A DNA stretch of 64,000 nucleotides, taken from NCBI GenBank assembly GCA_965243205.1, contig CBDEUK010000002.1:224001-288000 (forward strand), in the 5' to 3' direction. Position 1 is the first letter of the stretch, and the number at the start of each line of letters is the position of its first letter. The notes beneath the pieces are model-generated. The model searched no databases. It saw only the letters and a program-made list of their open reading frames with translations, and was not told where the DNA came from. The position numbers and the translations under genes are program-made. Of the stretch, positions 1 through 10,547 are shown in pieces. Source of the stretch: Gammaproteobacteria bacterium (GTDB lineage Bacteria > Pseudomonadota > Gammaproteobacteria > Eutrophobiales > Eutrophobiaceae).

Positions 1-36
1 TAACTGGAAAAAATTATACTAACTAGAGAAGATAAA

Positions 37-945
37 ATGGCTAAAAAAGATCCTGATTTATTACACATGTTTAATCCCACTAAAAATGTCAGCCCGTTTG
101 ATGTGAACATGGCTTATGAAGCAAATTTTGATGGGGTTATTCCTTACACAGAAGTGACCCTAGAAGATATACACGCACTTACTCAAGATACGATCTTTTC
201 GCGTGGACCTTCTGGTGTAAAACGTACTGGAATTTTCATTGGTGGTAGAGAATTTGGTCTCGCTTTAGACATGTTGAACCGTGCTAAGGTCGCAATGGTA
301 CCGCCATTTGAAGTTTCAGTATTTGCTGATCCAAGTGGTGCAATAACAACAGCTGCTGCAGCGATTGCCTGTATTGAAGCTGTTTTGAAGAAAGAAAAGA
401 ATTCTGATTTAAACGATAAAAATTTATACATTTTTGGTGGTACCGGGCCTGTTGGTATTTGTGCAGGCATACTAGCGGCTAATTGTGGTGCAAACGTATT
501 TATTGGCAGTCACCGTGGTGCTGAAGTTGGCCAAAAAGTCAGCGATGAATATAACTCGCGTTATAACGTCAATATGCGAGGTGCTAGTACCAGTAATTCT
601 GATGATATTGAGAAAGTTCTTGAAAATGCTCATGTTGTGATTGGTGCAGCAAAGGCAGGCATACGTATCCTTCCTAAAGAGCAGTTAGTTCATGCAAAAA
701 AACTCGAAGTCGCTGCTGATATCAATGCAGTACCTCCATTGGGTATTGAAGGCGTTGAAACACATGATTTTGGTAAGCCACTCGATAACATTCCTACCAA
801 ACCATTTGGTATTGGTGCGCTTGCTATTGGTGATGTTAAATACAAGGTTCATAAAAAACTGTTTGAGATGATGCTTGAATCTGATAAAGCGTTATATCTC
901 GATCACGATGAGGCGTTTGAAGTCGCAAGAACTATTGCCGGTTAA
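37..945 (+). CDS. mtdB: NAD(P)-dependent methylene-H4MPT dehydrogenase
   Basis: N-terminal SPFDVNMAYEA and DTIFSRGP motifs, DPSGAITTAAA, Rossmann GGTGPVG; first gene of an H4MPT cluster. Confidence 0.9.
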   Translation: MAKKDPDLLHMFNPTKNVSPFDVNMAYEANFDGVIPYTEVTLEDIHALTQDTIFSRGPSGVKRTGIFIGGREFGLALDMLNRAKVAMVPPFEVSVFADPSGAITTAAAAIACIEAVLKKEKNSDLNDKNLYIFGGTGPVGICAGILAANCGANVFIGSHRGAEVGQKVSDEYNSRYNVNMRGASTSNSDDIEKVLENAHVVIGAAKAGIRILPKEQLVHAKKLEVAADINAVPPLGIEGVETHDFGKPLDNIPTKPFGIGALAIGDVKYKVHKKLFEMMLESDKALYLDHDEAFEVARTIAG

Positions 946-2041
946 ACCGACTTATTTAATCATTTCCTATTCTGCCAATGCCCTGGTACGTTCTGCTACC
1001 AGGGCTGGCTATTCTGTTTACAGTATTGATTGTTTTAATGATATTGATACGCAGTCCTTAACTATTCAATCATTTCAATTGAATTTATTTACATCTAGCA
1101 CGCTATATGAAGATATAAGCGAAATCATAAGTAACATCGGTTCTAATAATATCGATGCAATCGTTTTAGGCAGTGGTTTTGAACATCGGTTTGATATTGT
1201 GAAAAAGCTTTCAGTATCGCTTCCTGTTTTTTCTAATACAAATCAAATATTAGAAAATGCTATGTCTGCTCGTTTTTATTTTTCATTGCTCGAAGAGTTA
1301 GACATTCCATTTCCCGAAATTTGTTTTGATATGAACAGTACAAATGATGATTGGATAGTGAAATCTTTAGTATCAGCAGGTGGCTATGATGTAAAACGAT
1401 TTACCACAAATGAAGAAATTTCAGATCTGCAATATTTTCAAAAATACATCGAAGGTAAATTAATATCAGTAAACTTTATTGCCAATGAATCAACGAATTA
1501 TATATTTGGTACCAATCAATTTTGGTGTTGCGATGATAACAACGGTGACTTTCGTTATTCGGTTGCCGTGAGTGGTTATTCATTATCAGAACAATTAGTT
1601 GAACAAGTTGAATGCATCGTTAATAAAATTTGCAAAGCCTTTCAATTAAAAGGCTTATGTGGATTAGATTTTATTGTAGACAATTTGAGTCAAATATATT
1701 TAATCGATATTAATCCTCGGCCTACAGCGACTTTTGAGTTATACGATACAGAGATTGATAGCTTATTCGAAGCACATATCACAGCCTTGACTGAACAAAG
1801 ACTTTTACAACCTCAGGTAGGGAATATCATAAAAGGGCATCAAATTGTTTACTCTGAAAAGGATATACAAATTCCCAATGATTATGTTTGGCCTGAATGG
1901 GCTATTTGCCAGTCAGCTCCAGGAACAAAGATCAATAAAGCTGAACCGATCTGTACTGTTATAGAAGAATCTGAAGATTCAACAGAGGTTTTTAATTTAC
2001 TAAAAAAACGCCAGCAGCAAATAATAGACTCACTTAAGTAA
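935..2041 (+). CDS. ATP-grasp protein of the H4MPT C1 island (OrfY-like)
   Basis: ATP-grasp motifs (AGG, GLCGLDF, DINPRP); lies between mtdB and mch; TTG at 935 overlapping the mtdB end is a more plausible start than 875. Confidence 0.75.
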   Translation: MPVKPTYLIISYSANALVRSATRAGYSVYSIDCFNDIDTQSLTIQSFQLNLFTSSTLYEDISEIISNIGSNNIDAIVLGSGFEHRFDIVKKLSVSLPVFSNTNQILENAMSARFYFSLLEELDIPFPEICFDMNSTNDDWIVKSLVSAGGYDVKRFTTNEEISDLQYFQKYIEGKLISVNFIANESTNYIFGTNQFWCCDDNNGDFRYSVAVSGYSLSEQLVEQVECIVNKICKAFQLKGLCGLDFIVDNLSQIYLIDINPRPTATFELYDTEIDSLFEAHITALTEQRLLQPQVGNIIKGHQIVYSEKDIQIPNDYVWPEWAICQSAPGTKINKAEPICTVIEESEDSTEVFNLLKKRQQQIIDSLK

Positions 2042-2119
2042 AGAATCAGTTGCGTCGATAAACTGGCTTGCTAGACTTGGCAGAAATTTTTCACATTTAA
2101 AAGAGACAAAATAATAATC

Positions 2120-3106
2120 ATGAGCAACGCAACACCTGCTATTAGTTTAAATGAACTTACTCAACCATTGGTTGATGATTTAATCGAAAATGCTGATGCT
2201 TACCGTGTAAAGGTTAGCAGCTTGGAAAATGGCGCTACAGTGGTAGATGCTGGAATCAATTGTGAAGGCGGTTTAGAAGCTGGTTGTTTAATTGGCGAGA
2301 TATGTATGGGTGGTTTAGGACGCGTCAAATTACGTGCTTCTACCAACTATGAAAATTGGTCTTGGCATGTGGATGTTCACAGCACTAACCCAGTACTCAG
2401 TTGTTTAGGCAGTCAATATGCTGGTTGGAGTTTATCGCATGGAGAAGGTAAAGATGCTTTCAATGCCTTGGGTTCAGGTCCTGCTAGGGCCATGGGCAGT
2501 AAAGAAGAACTTTATGATGAATTAAAATATCGTGATAAGGCTGAAGAAGCGTATATCGTGATTGAAGCTGATTCCATTCCTCCAGTTGAAATTGCTGATA
2601 AAATTGCTAAAGCATGTGGTTTAGAGCCATCTAATTTAGTTTTAATCATTACTCCAACGTCAAGCTTAGCAGGTAGTGTACAAGTGGTTGCGAGAGTATT
2701 AGAAACCTCTTTACACAAAGCCCATGCACTAGGTTATCACTTAGAGAATATCGTTGATGGAGCGGGTAGTGCGCCGATTTGTCCTCCAGCGCCTGATTTT
2801 TTAACGGCAATGAGCCGCACTAATGATGCGATTTTATTTGCTGGTCAAATCCAATTATTCGTAAATGATTCAGATGATAATGTGAAAGACTTAGCGGAAA
2901 AACTTCCATCAGGTACTTCGAAAGATTACGGTAAACCGTTCGGACAAATCTTCAAAGATGTGAATTACGATTTTTATCAAATCGATGCAATGTTATTTAG
3001 CCCAGCACGTGTCACAGTTTCTAATCTAAAGACTGGAAATAGTTTTCATGCGGGAAGAATTGACCTTGAATTATTAGAACGATCTTTCAGCGAGAAACTT
3101 GGTTAA
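2120..3106 (+). CDS. mch: methenyl-H4MPT cyclohydrolase
   Basis: [30 protein letters not shown] and RTNDAIL motifs. Confidence 0.95.
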   Translation: MSNATPAISLNELTQPLVDDLIENADAYRVKVSSLENGATVVDAGINCEGGLEAGCLIGEICMGGLGRVKLRASTNYENWSWHVDVHSTNPVLSCLGSQYAGWSLSHGEGKDAFNALGSGPARAMGSKEELYDELKYRDKAEEAYIVIEADSIPPVEIADKIAKACGLEPSNLVLIITPTSSLAGSVQVVARVLETSLHKAHALGYHLENIVDGAGSAPICPPAPDFLTAMSRTNDAILFAGQIQLFVNDSDDNVKDLAEKLPSGTSKDYGKPFGQIFKDVNYDFYQIDAMLFSPARVTVSNLKTGNSFHAGRIDLELLERSFSEKLG

Positions 3107-4031
3107 TTCAAATAATCAGATTGCGATCGTCACGGACGATCCTGGTTGGCATGGACGTAAACTAACCGAAGCACTTCAAAAACACGGTTTTCACAGTCGG
3201 TATGTTTCGCTTACTGACTGTGAAATCGAACTCAGTAATCGTTCTATACCCGTAAAAATTCCTGGTTTTGAAAATCAATTACCGATAGCCGTATTTGTTC
3301 GAGGTGTACCAGGTGGATCGTTAGAGCAAGTTATTTTTCGATTGAATGTTTTACATCTACTTGAAGATATGGGAGTTACTGTATTCAATACGGGTAGAGC
3401 GATAGAACGTACTGTCGATAAATGTATGACGAGTTATTTACTCAAAAAACACGACATCCTAACCCCAGATACCTTCGTTACAGAATCGTATGATAAAGCG
3501 ATTGATTTATATCAACGCTACAATCAGTTAGGGAAATCATTGGTGATAAAACCTCTATTTGGATCACAAGGTATCGGTATTCAGTTATTTCATCCTGATC
3601 TCATAGTTCAAGAAGAGATTAAATTATTTAATGATTTATATTACTTGCAGGAAAAAATCGAAACTCAAATTGAATCTTGGGAAGACATACGAGTATTTGT
3701 GATTGATGGTAAAGCACGATTTAGCATGTTACGAAAAGGAACATCTTGGATAACCAATCGTACTCAAGGTGCAGAGTGTGTACCTATGGCATTAAACGCC
3801 GACCTAAAACAAATTGCTGAAGCTGCTGCAGTAGCGGTTGATATTGATTATTGCGGTGTTGATTTAATGATGGATCGATCTGGTAATTTAAACGTTCTAG
3901 AAGTTAATAGCATTCCTGCTTGGTGGGGTTTACAAAAAGTAGTCGGTGAAGACGTCGCAACACATATTATCGATGCCTTTGTGAGAAAAATTCGTGTTAA
4001 TTCCGCAATGCGTCATTTAGATACCCAATGA
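3099..4031 (+). CDS. RimK-family ATP-grasp glutamate ligase (Orf5; C1-cofactor polyglutamylation)
   Basis: [18 protein letters not shown] and EVNSIPAW motifs; directly after mch. Confidence 0.85.
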   Translation: MVNSNNQIAIVTDDPGWHGRKLTEALQKHGFHSRYVSLTDCEIELSNRSIPVKIPGFENQLPIAVFVRGVPGGSLEQVIFRLNVLHLLEDMGVTVFNTGRAIERTVDKCMTSYLLKKHDILTPDTFVTESYDKAIDLYQRYNQLGKSLVIKPLFGSQGIGIQLFHPDLIVQEEIKLFNDLYYLQEKIETQIESWEDIRVFVIDGKARFSMLRKGTSWITNRTQGAECVPMALNADLKQIAEAAAVAVDIDYCGVDLMMDRSGNLNVLEVNSIPAWWGLQKVVGEDVATHIIDAFVRKIRVNSAMRHLDTQ

Positions 4032-4888
4032 ATGAATCCACTAAGTCTCTACATTATTTAGTAGAAGAAAGTTTTTTAGCTGAGATTAATGCTTTAAAAC
4101 CAGGCAATGTCCATCGCTATGCTGATGGACATGATATGCAACTCAGTGATTTTAAACTCAGCGCATCGCTAGTATCGCCGATTCTATGCGATACAAATTT
4201 AAATATGGGTAAACGAGTCTTTGAGTCCGTTAAAATTACGATGGATAAAGTAGGCTGTAATACTAATCTTGGAATGATACTGTTATTTGCTCCACTTATT
4301 ATTGCTGCAGAGCAAAATATCAAGTCTCTTAATTTAACAAAATTACAAACTAAATTAGCTAATATATTGGATGAATTGGATCAAAACGATGCCATCCAAG
4401 TGTTTAATGCTATAGCACTTGCTAATCCTGGTGGATTAGGAAAACAACGGCAACACGATGTTAATGCAGAAGCCACTATAAGCATTCAAAATGCGATGGA
4501 AATCGCAAAAACTTGGGACAGAATTGCCTTCCAATACACTACTGATTTTAAGGATCTTTTTATATTTGGAGTTCAGTGGATTAGAGATGGAATTCGGCGT
4601 TGGAATCGTCTAGACTGGGCTATTGTGTTGTGTTACCTTAATTTTTTATCTCGGTATGGGGATTCACATATAGCTCGGAAATACGGCTTAGTGAGTACTG
4701 AGATTATAAGAAAAAGAACGGTAGACATAGCTCGTCGTTTTGGGGAGAGCAAACAACCTGAGGCTATGCAGGACGAATTAATGCAATTTGATTCAGACTT
4801 AAAAGCAGCAGGCATCAATCCAGGCACAACAGCTGATCTAACCGCAGCGAGTATATTTATTTATTTTTTATTAGAAAATAATTTCTAA
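4028..4888 (+). CDS. CitG-like protein (Orf7 of the H4MPT island)
   Basis: KPGNVH, NTNLG, DSHIARK and NPGTTADL motifs; ATGA overlap with the previous gene. Confidence 0.85.
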   Translation: MNESTKSLHYLVEESFLAEINALKPGNVHRYADGHDMQLSDFKLSASLVSPILCDTNLNMGKRVFESVKITMDKVGCNTNLGMILLFAPLIIAAEQNIKSLNLTKLQTKLANILDELDQNDAIQVFNAIALANPGGLGKQRQHDVNAEATISIQNAMEIAKTWDRIAFQYTTDFKDLFIFGVQWIRDGIRRWNRLDWAIVLCYLNFLSRYGDSHIARKYGLVSTEIIRKRTVDIARRFGESKQPEAMQDELMQFDSDLKAAGINPGTTADLTAASIFIYFLLENNF

Positions 4889-5056
4889 ATACATAAAGAC
4901 AGTTTTGTAGATTCGCAGAGTTATGTGACAACTGGGGATCTCAAAAAACCATGGGACTAAACCCTTAATTTTTAACTTTATTAACTAACAGATAGGAAGA
5001 CATCAATGTCACTTTTATCAAAAATCTTTGGCTTTCTAACTGGAGGAGACACAAAA

Positions 5057-5566
5057 ATGGCAGTAATTGACAGAACTTTAATTGGTGAAGCTTTAGTTGG
5101 CGATGGTAACGAAGTTGCTCATATCGACTTAATGATTGGGCCACGTGGTAGTGCCGCAGAAACCGCTTTCTGTAATGCATTAACCAACAACAAAGATGGT
5201 TTCAGCACATTGCTAGCTGTTGTCGCTCCAAACTTAGCTTGTAAACCTGACACTATCCTTTTCAACAAAGTGACCATCAAAGGCGCTAAACAGGCTGTTC
5301 AAATGTTTGGTCCTGCTCAACGTGGTGTTGCTATGGCGGTTATGGATTGTGTTGAAGATGGCACCATTCCAGCTGATGAAGCAGATGACGTTTTCGTAAG
5401 TGTTGGTGTTTTTATTCACTGGTTAGCTGATGACGACGCTAAAATCCAAGAGTACAACTACGAAGCAACTAAGCTTTCAATCAAACGTGCTGTTGCTCGT
5501 GAGCCAAAAGCTGCAGAAGTATTAAGCAAGCGTGGTTCAGCTGCTCACCCATTCGCAGCAAACTAA
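5057..5566 (+). CDS. fae: formaldehyde-activating enzyme
   Basis: [23 protein letters not shown] and VGVFIHW motifs; GGAGGAG SD before ATG 5057 (a second in-frame ATG lies at 5006). Confidence 0.95.
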   Translation: MAVIDRTLIGEALVGDGNEVAHIDLMIGPRGSAAETAFCNALTNNKDGFSTLLAVVAPNLACKPDTILFNKVTIKGAKQAVQMFGPAQRGVAMAVMDCVEDGTIPADEADDVFVSVGVFIHWLADDDAKIQEYNYEATKLSIKRAVAREPKAAEVLSKRGSAAHPFAAN

Positions 5567-5604
5567 GTTGTATTAAGAATAAAATATTTTATATATTTAT
5601 TTCG

Positions 5605-5632
5605 ATACCCCGCCTTGGCGGGGTATTTTTTT
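5605..5632 (+). terminator. intrinsic terminator after fae
   Basis: ATACCCCGCC-TT-GGCGGGGTAT inverted repeat followed by a T run. Confidence 0.85.
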
Positions 5633-6329
5633 ATGTGTACGTTTTAACGATAGAAGGTGTGATGGATTTGTTGTGTATAGATGTCGATATTAACGCTCCA
5701 TCTATACCTAAAGAATCTAATGTATCTAGATCAGATTGATCTCTTATACCACCAGCAATATAGAGTTTTTGTTGGTCTGATAGCAAACTTTGTATTAATT
5801 TAATACGTTCAATATTTAAGCCTTGTTGGGAACCAACTTTATCAAGGTTCATTAAGATAATATTTTTAGGCCATTCATTAGGATATTTAAGTAATTGTGA
5901 ATCGCCTAAGAAATCCGAGCCTGAGTAATCAAGAGAAAGAATTGCATTGGTAAATTTTTGTTTTAAATTTTGATATTCAATTAAATTAAAATTCATTTCA
6001 GTACCAAGAATTTGAGTGCATTTTGTATTAATATTAATTGGATATAAAAATTTAAGCCCTGAATCTAACCATACATTCAAATCTGGATAAGTAGTTAATA
6101 AAGACTTTATAATGTCGTGTTGATTACCTTGATTGGTTATAGCGTCAAGATCGGCTATGTAGATAGTTTCAAAACTATAGTCTTTTATAAAAACAGAACA
6201 TAAATCATTTAATTCTATGCTGTTTGAGATTAATGTTTCTAAAGGTTTGTATAAATTACGTTTGCCTTGAACAGCATGTACGACATTACCATTTTTTAAA
6301 TCAACAACAGGTATTATTTTAAAAGCCAT
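5631..6329 (-). CDS. HisA/HisF-related TIM barrel (Orf17 of the H4MPT island)
   Basis: IIPVVDLKNGNVVHA, YIADLDAI and AGGIR motifs; start reassigned to ATG 6329. Confidence 0.8.
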   Translation of the reverse strand: MAFKIIPVVDLKNGNVVHAVQGKRNLYKPLETLISNSIELNDLCSVFIKDYSFETIYIADLDAITNQGNQHDIIKSLLTTYPDLNVWLDSGLKFLYPININTKCTQILGTEMNFNLIEYQNLKQKFTNAILSLDYSGSDFLGDSQLLKYPNEWPKNIILMNLDKVGSQQGLNIERIKLIQSLLSDQQKLYIAGGIRDQSDLDTLDSLGIDGALISTSIHNKSITPSIVKTYT

Positions 6330-6344
6330 AAGTTGAATTATATT

Positions 6345-7328
6345 GTGAAGATATTTGTTTGTGAATTTATTACTGCAGGCGGCTTTGTTAATCAAATATT
6401 GCCAGAAAAGTTAGCGAAAGAAGGCGATATGATGCTGCAATCAGTGCTCAATGATTTGCAAAAAATTGATACTCTACATGCAACTGTTACACGAGATTCT
6501 CGTTTAGATTCATTATCTGATGTAGACGAGTTAATACTAATAGAAGACGATAAAAACCCATTTGATATATGGGAAGAGTGTTTTCATAAAGCTGATATTT
6601 GTTTAATTATTGCTCCTGAAACGAATAATATTTTATACAGACTTCATGAGTTAGCAGAAAAAAATGATTGTGAAATTTTAGGTTGCGATCTAGATTCAAT
6701 TAAATTAACAAGCAGTAAAATTTTATGTCTAGAAATGTTGAGAGATTTTGAACTTTTCACACCAAGAACAGCTATTTTAGAAAAAAATAATTCGCTAACA
6801 TTTCCATTTGTATTAAAACCTGATGATGGTGTAGGTTGTGAAAATTGTTTTTTTATCGAAACTGAAAGCCAGCTATCTAATACATTAGATAATAATTTTG
6901 AAGTTGCAACTTGGATAAACCAGGAATATCTAAAAGGTATAAATGCTAGTGTAAGTATTTTATCTTATAAAGGTGAATTTAAAATCTTATCGATTAATGA
7001 ACAAGAAATTGAAATTAATCAAAACCAATTTTTTCTTAGAAGCATAGTGGTTAATAAATATTTTTATCTATATGAAAAGATTAAAACGGAAATAGAAAAA
7101 ATCCTAACGGCTATTCCTGGGCTATCTGGAATTATTGGAATTGATTGTGTTTTTTCTGAAAATGATATTTACATATTAGAAATTAATCCGAGATTAACGA
7201 CAAGTTATTGTGGTTTATCAAAATCCATTACGATCAATCCAATGCAATATTTATTAGAGACATTTGAGAGTCAAAAACTTGAATACCTTGATATTGAATC
7301 ATTAAATAGTCAACAAATTAGCATATAA
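6345..7328 (+). CDS. ATP-grasp ligase (Orf1; MfnD-like, methylofuran synthesis)
   Basis: EFITAGG, EG.MML, IIAPET, KPDDGVGC and EINPRLTTSY motifs; GTG at 6345 is the likely start. Confidence 0.8.
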   Translation: MKIFVCEFITAGGFVNQILPEKLAKEGDMMLQSVLNDLQKIDTLHATVTRDSRLDSLSDVDELILIEDDKNPFDIWEECFHKADICLIIAPETNNILYRLHELAEKNDCEILGCDLDSIKLTSSKILCLEMLRDFELFTPRTAILEKNNSLTFPFVLKPDDGVGCENCFFIETESQLSNTLDNNFEVATWINQEYLKGINASVSILSYKGEFKILSINEQEIEINQNQFFLRSIVVNKYFYLYEKIKTEIEKILTAIPGLSGIIGIDCVFSENDIYILEINPRLTTSYCGLSKSITINPMQYLLETFESQKLEYLDIESLNSQQISI

Positions 7329-8402
7329 ATGAAAAACAGTGATTTTATCTTTGTCGGTTGGGATATAGGTGGTGCTCACCTTAAACTAGCTGTGCTGAAT
7401 TATAATTCTGATTTGAGATTAGTTCAGCAATTTTCGACACCTATTTGGCAAGGTTTACAATATTTGGAAGAACAAATTAATTGGATTATAAACAATATTT
7501 TAAATAAATATGATCCAAAAAAATTGATTCATGCAGTTACAATGACGGCTGAGCTGTGTGATTTTTTCCAAAATAGAGAAGAAGGTGTTTCTCAAATATG
7601 TCAATTACTTACTCGCTTACTGTCAAATCAGAAAATATATTTTTATGCTGCTGAAAAAGGATTTGTTTTGCACAATGATATTGAGGCTGTTTTAAATAAT
7701 CTTGCATCATCAAATTGGCATGCAACTGCAAGTAATGTGGCTAAAATTTATGATCAAGGTTTGATGGTTGATATGGGAAGCACAACAACAGACATTATAC
7801 CGTTCAAGAATAAAAAATTAATAAATGAAGGTACATCAGATCATCAACGTTTAGGCAGCAATGAATTAATTTATACTGGGGTAGTTCGTACGCCCGTAAT
7901 GGCAATAACAGATCATGCTTATTATGAGCAAAAAAAATATGGCTTAATGGCAGAGTATTTTGCAACAATGGCTGATGTCTATCGTGTTTTAGGTTTATTA
8001 AACGAACAGGCAGATCAATCAAATACAGCAGACAGCAGAGATAAAACTAAACTCGATAGCATGTGTCGCTTAAGGAGAATGATTGGCTTAGATTATTCTG
8101 ATACGGAAAAAGAACAGAAAAATACCATAGAAATGGCATTGTATTTATCTGATATTCAAGCTTCAAAAATTACTACTGCAATTCAGGATATTCTTAAAAA
8201 GAATTTTTCAGAACAAAACGTAATCATTATTCGCGCAGGATGTGGAGTTGATATATTATCGAAAATATTACAATCATTAGCTGATAAACACGTATCATTT
8301 GAAAATATGCTAAACAGTAGCAATATCGAATCATATACTGCTAATACATGCGCTACCGCTATTTCAGTAGCAGAACTATCGAGATTAGAACATGCCAATT
8401 AA
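7329..8402 (+). CDS. hydantoinase/oxoprolinase-family protein (Orf9; MfnF-like)
   Basis: GWDIGGAHLK, VTMTAELCD, DMGSTTTDI and YTGVVRTP motifs. Confidence 0.85.
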   Translation: MKNSDFIFVGWDIGGAHLKLAVLNYNSDLRLVQQFSTPIWQGLQYLEEQINWIINNILNKYDPKKLIHAVTMTAELCDFFQNREEGVSQICQLLTRLLSNQKIYFYAAEKGFVLHNDIEAVLNNLASSNWHATASNVAKIYDQGLMVDMGSTTTDIIPFKNKKLINEGTSDHQRLGSNELIYTGVVRTPVMAITDHAYYEQKKYGLMAEYFATMADVYRVLGLLNEQADQSNTADSRDKTKLDSMCRLRRMIGLDYSDTEKEQKNTIEMALYLSDIQASKITTAIQDILKKNFSEQNVIIIRAGCGVDILSKILQSLADKHVSFENMLNSSNIESYTANTCATAISVAELSRLEHAN

Positions 8403-9756
8403 ACAGGTAGAGCTTCCTTATTATCGTGATACATCATTACTATTTTCTAATGTCGCTGATGAGCCTTGGAGTATCTTTTTGGATAGTGGGTATCCTTATA
8501 AAGATAATGGGCGCTATGATATTTTTTCATGTCGTCCTTATAAAACATTTTTAACCTATGGCGATGTAACAAAAATTCAATTCGATGATGAAAAAGTAGA
8601 GTCAAGTGATGATCCTTTTTCTTTAGTGAAGAATGAATTTAATCAGCATTATCTCAATCATACCGCGCTGCCATTTACAGGAGGGGCATTAGGTTATTTT
8701 TCCTATGACTTAGGTAGACGAATAGAAAAATTACCTGAGATTGCAAAACATGATGTGCTAATGCCTGATATGGCAATTGGTTTATACGATTGGGCTGTTA
8801 TAGTTGATCACCAATTGCGTCAATCTTGGCTGGTATCTCAAAACACTCAGACTATGTCAGAGCAAGAATGGGATGAGTTAGTTAATTTATTTCAAGAGCC
8901 AAAAAATAAAATTTTTAAACCTTTTAAATCGACATCAAATATCAATTCTAATTTTACCGAGTCTACTTATGCAGACGCGTTTAAAAAGATTAAACAATAT
9001 ATTATTGAAGGTGATTGTTACCAAGTTAATTTAGCCCAACGATTCGAAGTCAGTTGTGAAGGCCATGCTTGGTCTGCCTATCAATTATTACGCGAATTAA
9101 ATCCAGCCCCATTTGCATCGTATATGAATTTAGAAGATTGCAAAATTTTAAGTTCTTCTCCTGAGCGTTTTTTAAAAGTAAAAAACGATCTGGTTGAGAC
9201 AAAACCTATAAAGGGTACACGAAGACGTTCTGTCTTTGCTTATGAAGATACGGCGTTAGCTCAAGAATTATTAGAGAGTGAAAAAGATCGGGCTGAAAAT
9301 GTAATGATCGTTGATCTATTGCGTAATGATTTAGGAAAAACTTGTGAAGTTGGATCTATCTCGGTTCCTAAACTTTATAATTTAGAAAGTTATGCAACTG
9401 TTCATCACTTAGTAAGTACAGTGGTTGGTAGATTAGATAAAAACACACACTCGATTGATTTACTAAGGGGATGTTTTCCTGGAGGTTCTATTACGGGTGC
9501 ACCTAAACTTCGCTCAATGGAAATTATTGAAGAACTTGAACCAAACCGAAGAAATGTCTATTGCGGTAGTATTGGTTATATTGGTTTCGATGGAAATATG
9601 GATACTAATATCGCGATTCGAACCATTGTACATCATAATGATAAATTATATTGTTGGGCCGGTGGCGGAATAGTTCATGACTCAACCGTAAAGTCAGAGT
9701 ATCAAGAAAGTTTTGATAAAGCTGATGCTATGTTAAAAGTCTTTTCTGCAAAATAA
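8392..9756 (+). CDS. pabB: aminodeoxychorismate synthase component I
   Basis: GDCYQVNL, SPERF, PIKGT, KDRAEN.MIVDL.RND and FPGGSITGAPK motifs. Confidence 0.92.
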   Translation: MPIKQVELPYYRDTSLLFSNVADEPWSIFLDSGYPYKDNGRYDIFSCRPYKTFLTYGDVTKIQFDDEKVESSDDPFSLVKNEFNQHYLNHTALPFTGGALGYFSYDLGRRIEKLPEIAKHDVLMPDMAIGLYDWAVIVDHQLRQSWLVSQNTQTMSEQEWDELVNLFQEPKNKIFKPFKSTSNINSNFTESTYADAFKKIKQYIIEGDCYQVNLAQRFEVSCEGHAWSAYQLLRELNPAPFASYMNLEDCKILSSSPERFLKVKNDLVETKPIKGTRRRSVFAYEDTALAQELLESEKDRAENVMIVDLLRNDLGKTCEVGSISVPKLYNLESYATVHHLVSTVVGRLDKNTHSIDLLRGCFPGGSITGAPKLRSMEIIEELEPNRRNVYCGSIGYIGFDGNMDTNIAIRTIVHHNDKLYCWAGGGIVHDSTVKSEYQESFDKADAMLKVFSAK

Positions 9757-9766
9757 TATCTGAACT

Positions 9767-10348
9767 ATGAAAGTGATAAAGCTAGGTGGTAGCCTTATGA
9801 AAAAGGGCTTATTACAAAATTGGCTTAAGCAAATTGAAATACATGCAAAAGGACAGTGTGTGATATTACCAGGAGGTGGAGTGTTTGCTGATTTTATCAG
9901 AGAAGCACAAATAAAATGGGCTTTCGATGATCAAACAGCCCATCAAATGGCGTTGTTATCAATGGAGCAATATGCATATTATTGCCAGTCTTTAATTCCA
10001 TCAACAGTTCTTGCTCGAAATTGTGATGAAATTAATCGTGCTATAGAACAGGGTTTAATTCCTATTTGTATGGCATCTTCAGTATTTCATGATTCGAACC
10101 ATCTTGATGCAAGTTGGAATGTCAGTTCTGATAGTATTTCTATTCAGTTAGCGGTAGAACTAAATGCTGAAGCATTGTTATTTATTAAAAATATGCCTGA
10201 AAATGTTATAACGCCAATTAATAGCGAAGAATTGTTAGCGAATCAGCTTGTTGATAAAGCATTTGCAAATTATATAAATTCTTTAAATTGCCCCTACTAT
10301 TTTTTACCTGCTGCTGCACATCAGCAACTCAGTCATTTTTTCTCATAA
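9767..10348 (+). CDS. amino-acid-kinase-family protein (Orf21; MfnE-like)
   Basis: KLGGSL, PGGGVFAD, AH.MA and SWNVSSDSI motifs; position in the island. Confidence 0.8.
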   Translation: MKVIKLGGSLMKKGLLQNWLKQIEIHAKGQCVILPGGGVFADFIREAQIKWAFDDQTAHQMALLSMEQYAYYCQSLIPSTVLARNCDEINRAIEQGLIPICMASSVFHDSNHLDASWNVSSDSISIQLAVELNAEALLFIKNMPENVITPINSEELLANQLVDKAFANYINSLNCPYYFLPAAAHQQLSHFFS

Positions 10349-10463
10349 ACTTTAAATCATTGATTTTTAAATATTTGTTTTTGATCCTATCTATTATTTC
10401 CTAGTTCATTTTTGCATAATTTTTGCTTTGTACATATAAATAAGAAAATATCAAAAAAGGTGT

Positions 10464-10490
10464 TAAAGGATACTGCAGAGTTGCCGCTAT
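10464..10490 (+). promoter_or_regulatory. putative sigma28 (FliA) promoter of the MCP gene
   Basis: TAAA-N15-GCCGCTAT versus consensus TAAA-N15-GCCGATAA, upstream of a chemoreceptor. Confidence 0.65.
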
Positions 10491-10547
10491 AGAGACCGTA
10501 ACAAGATTAAATTCGTAATATAAAAGAAAGAAATCGAGAGAAAAATT

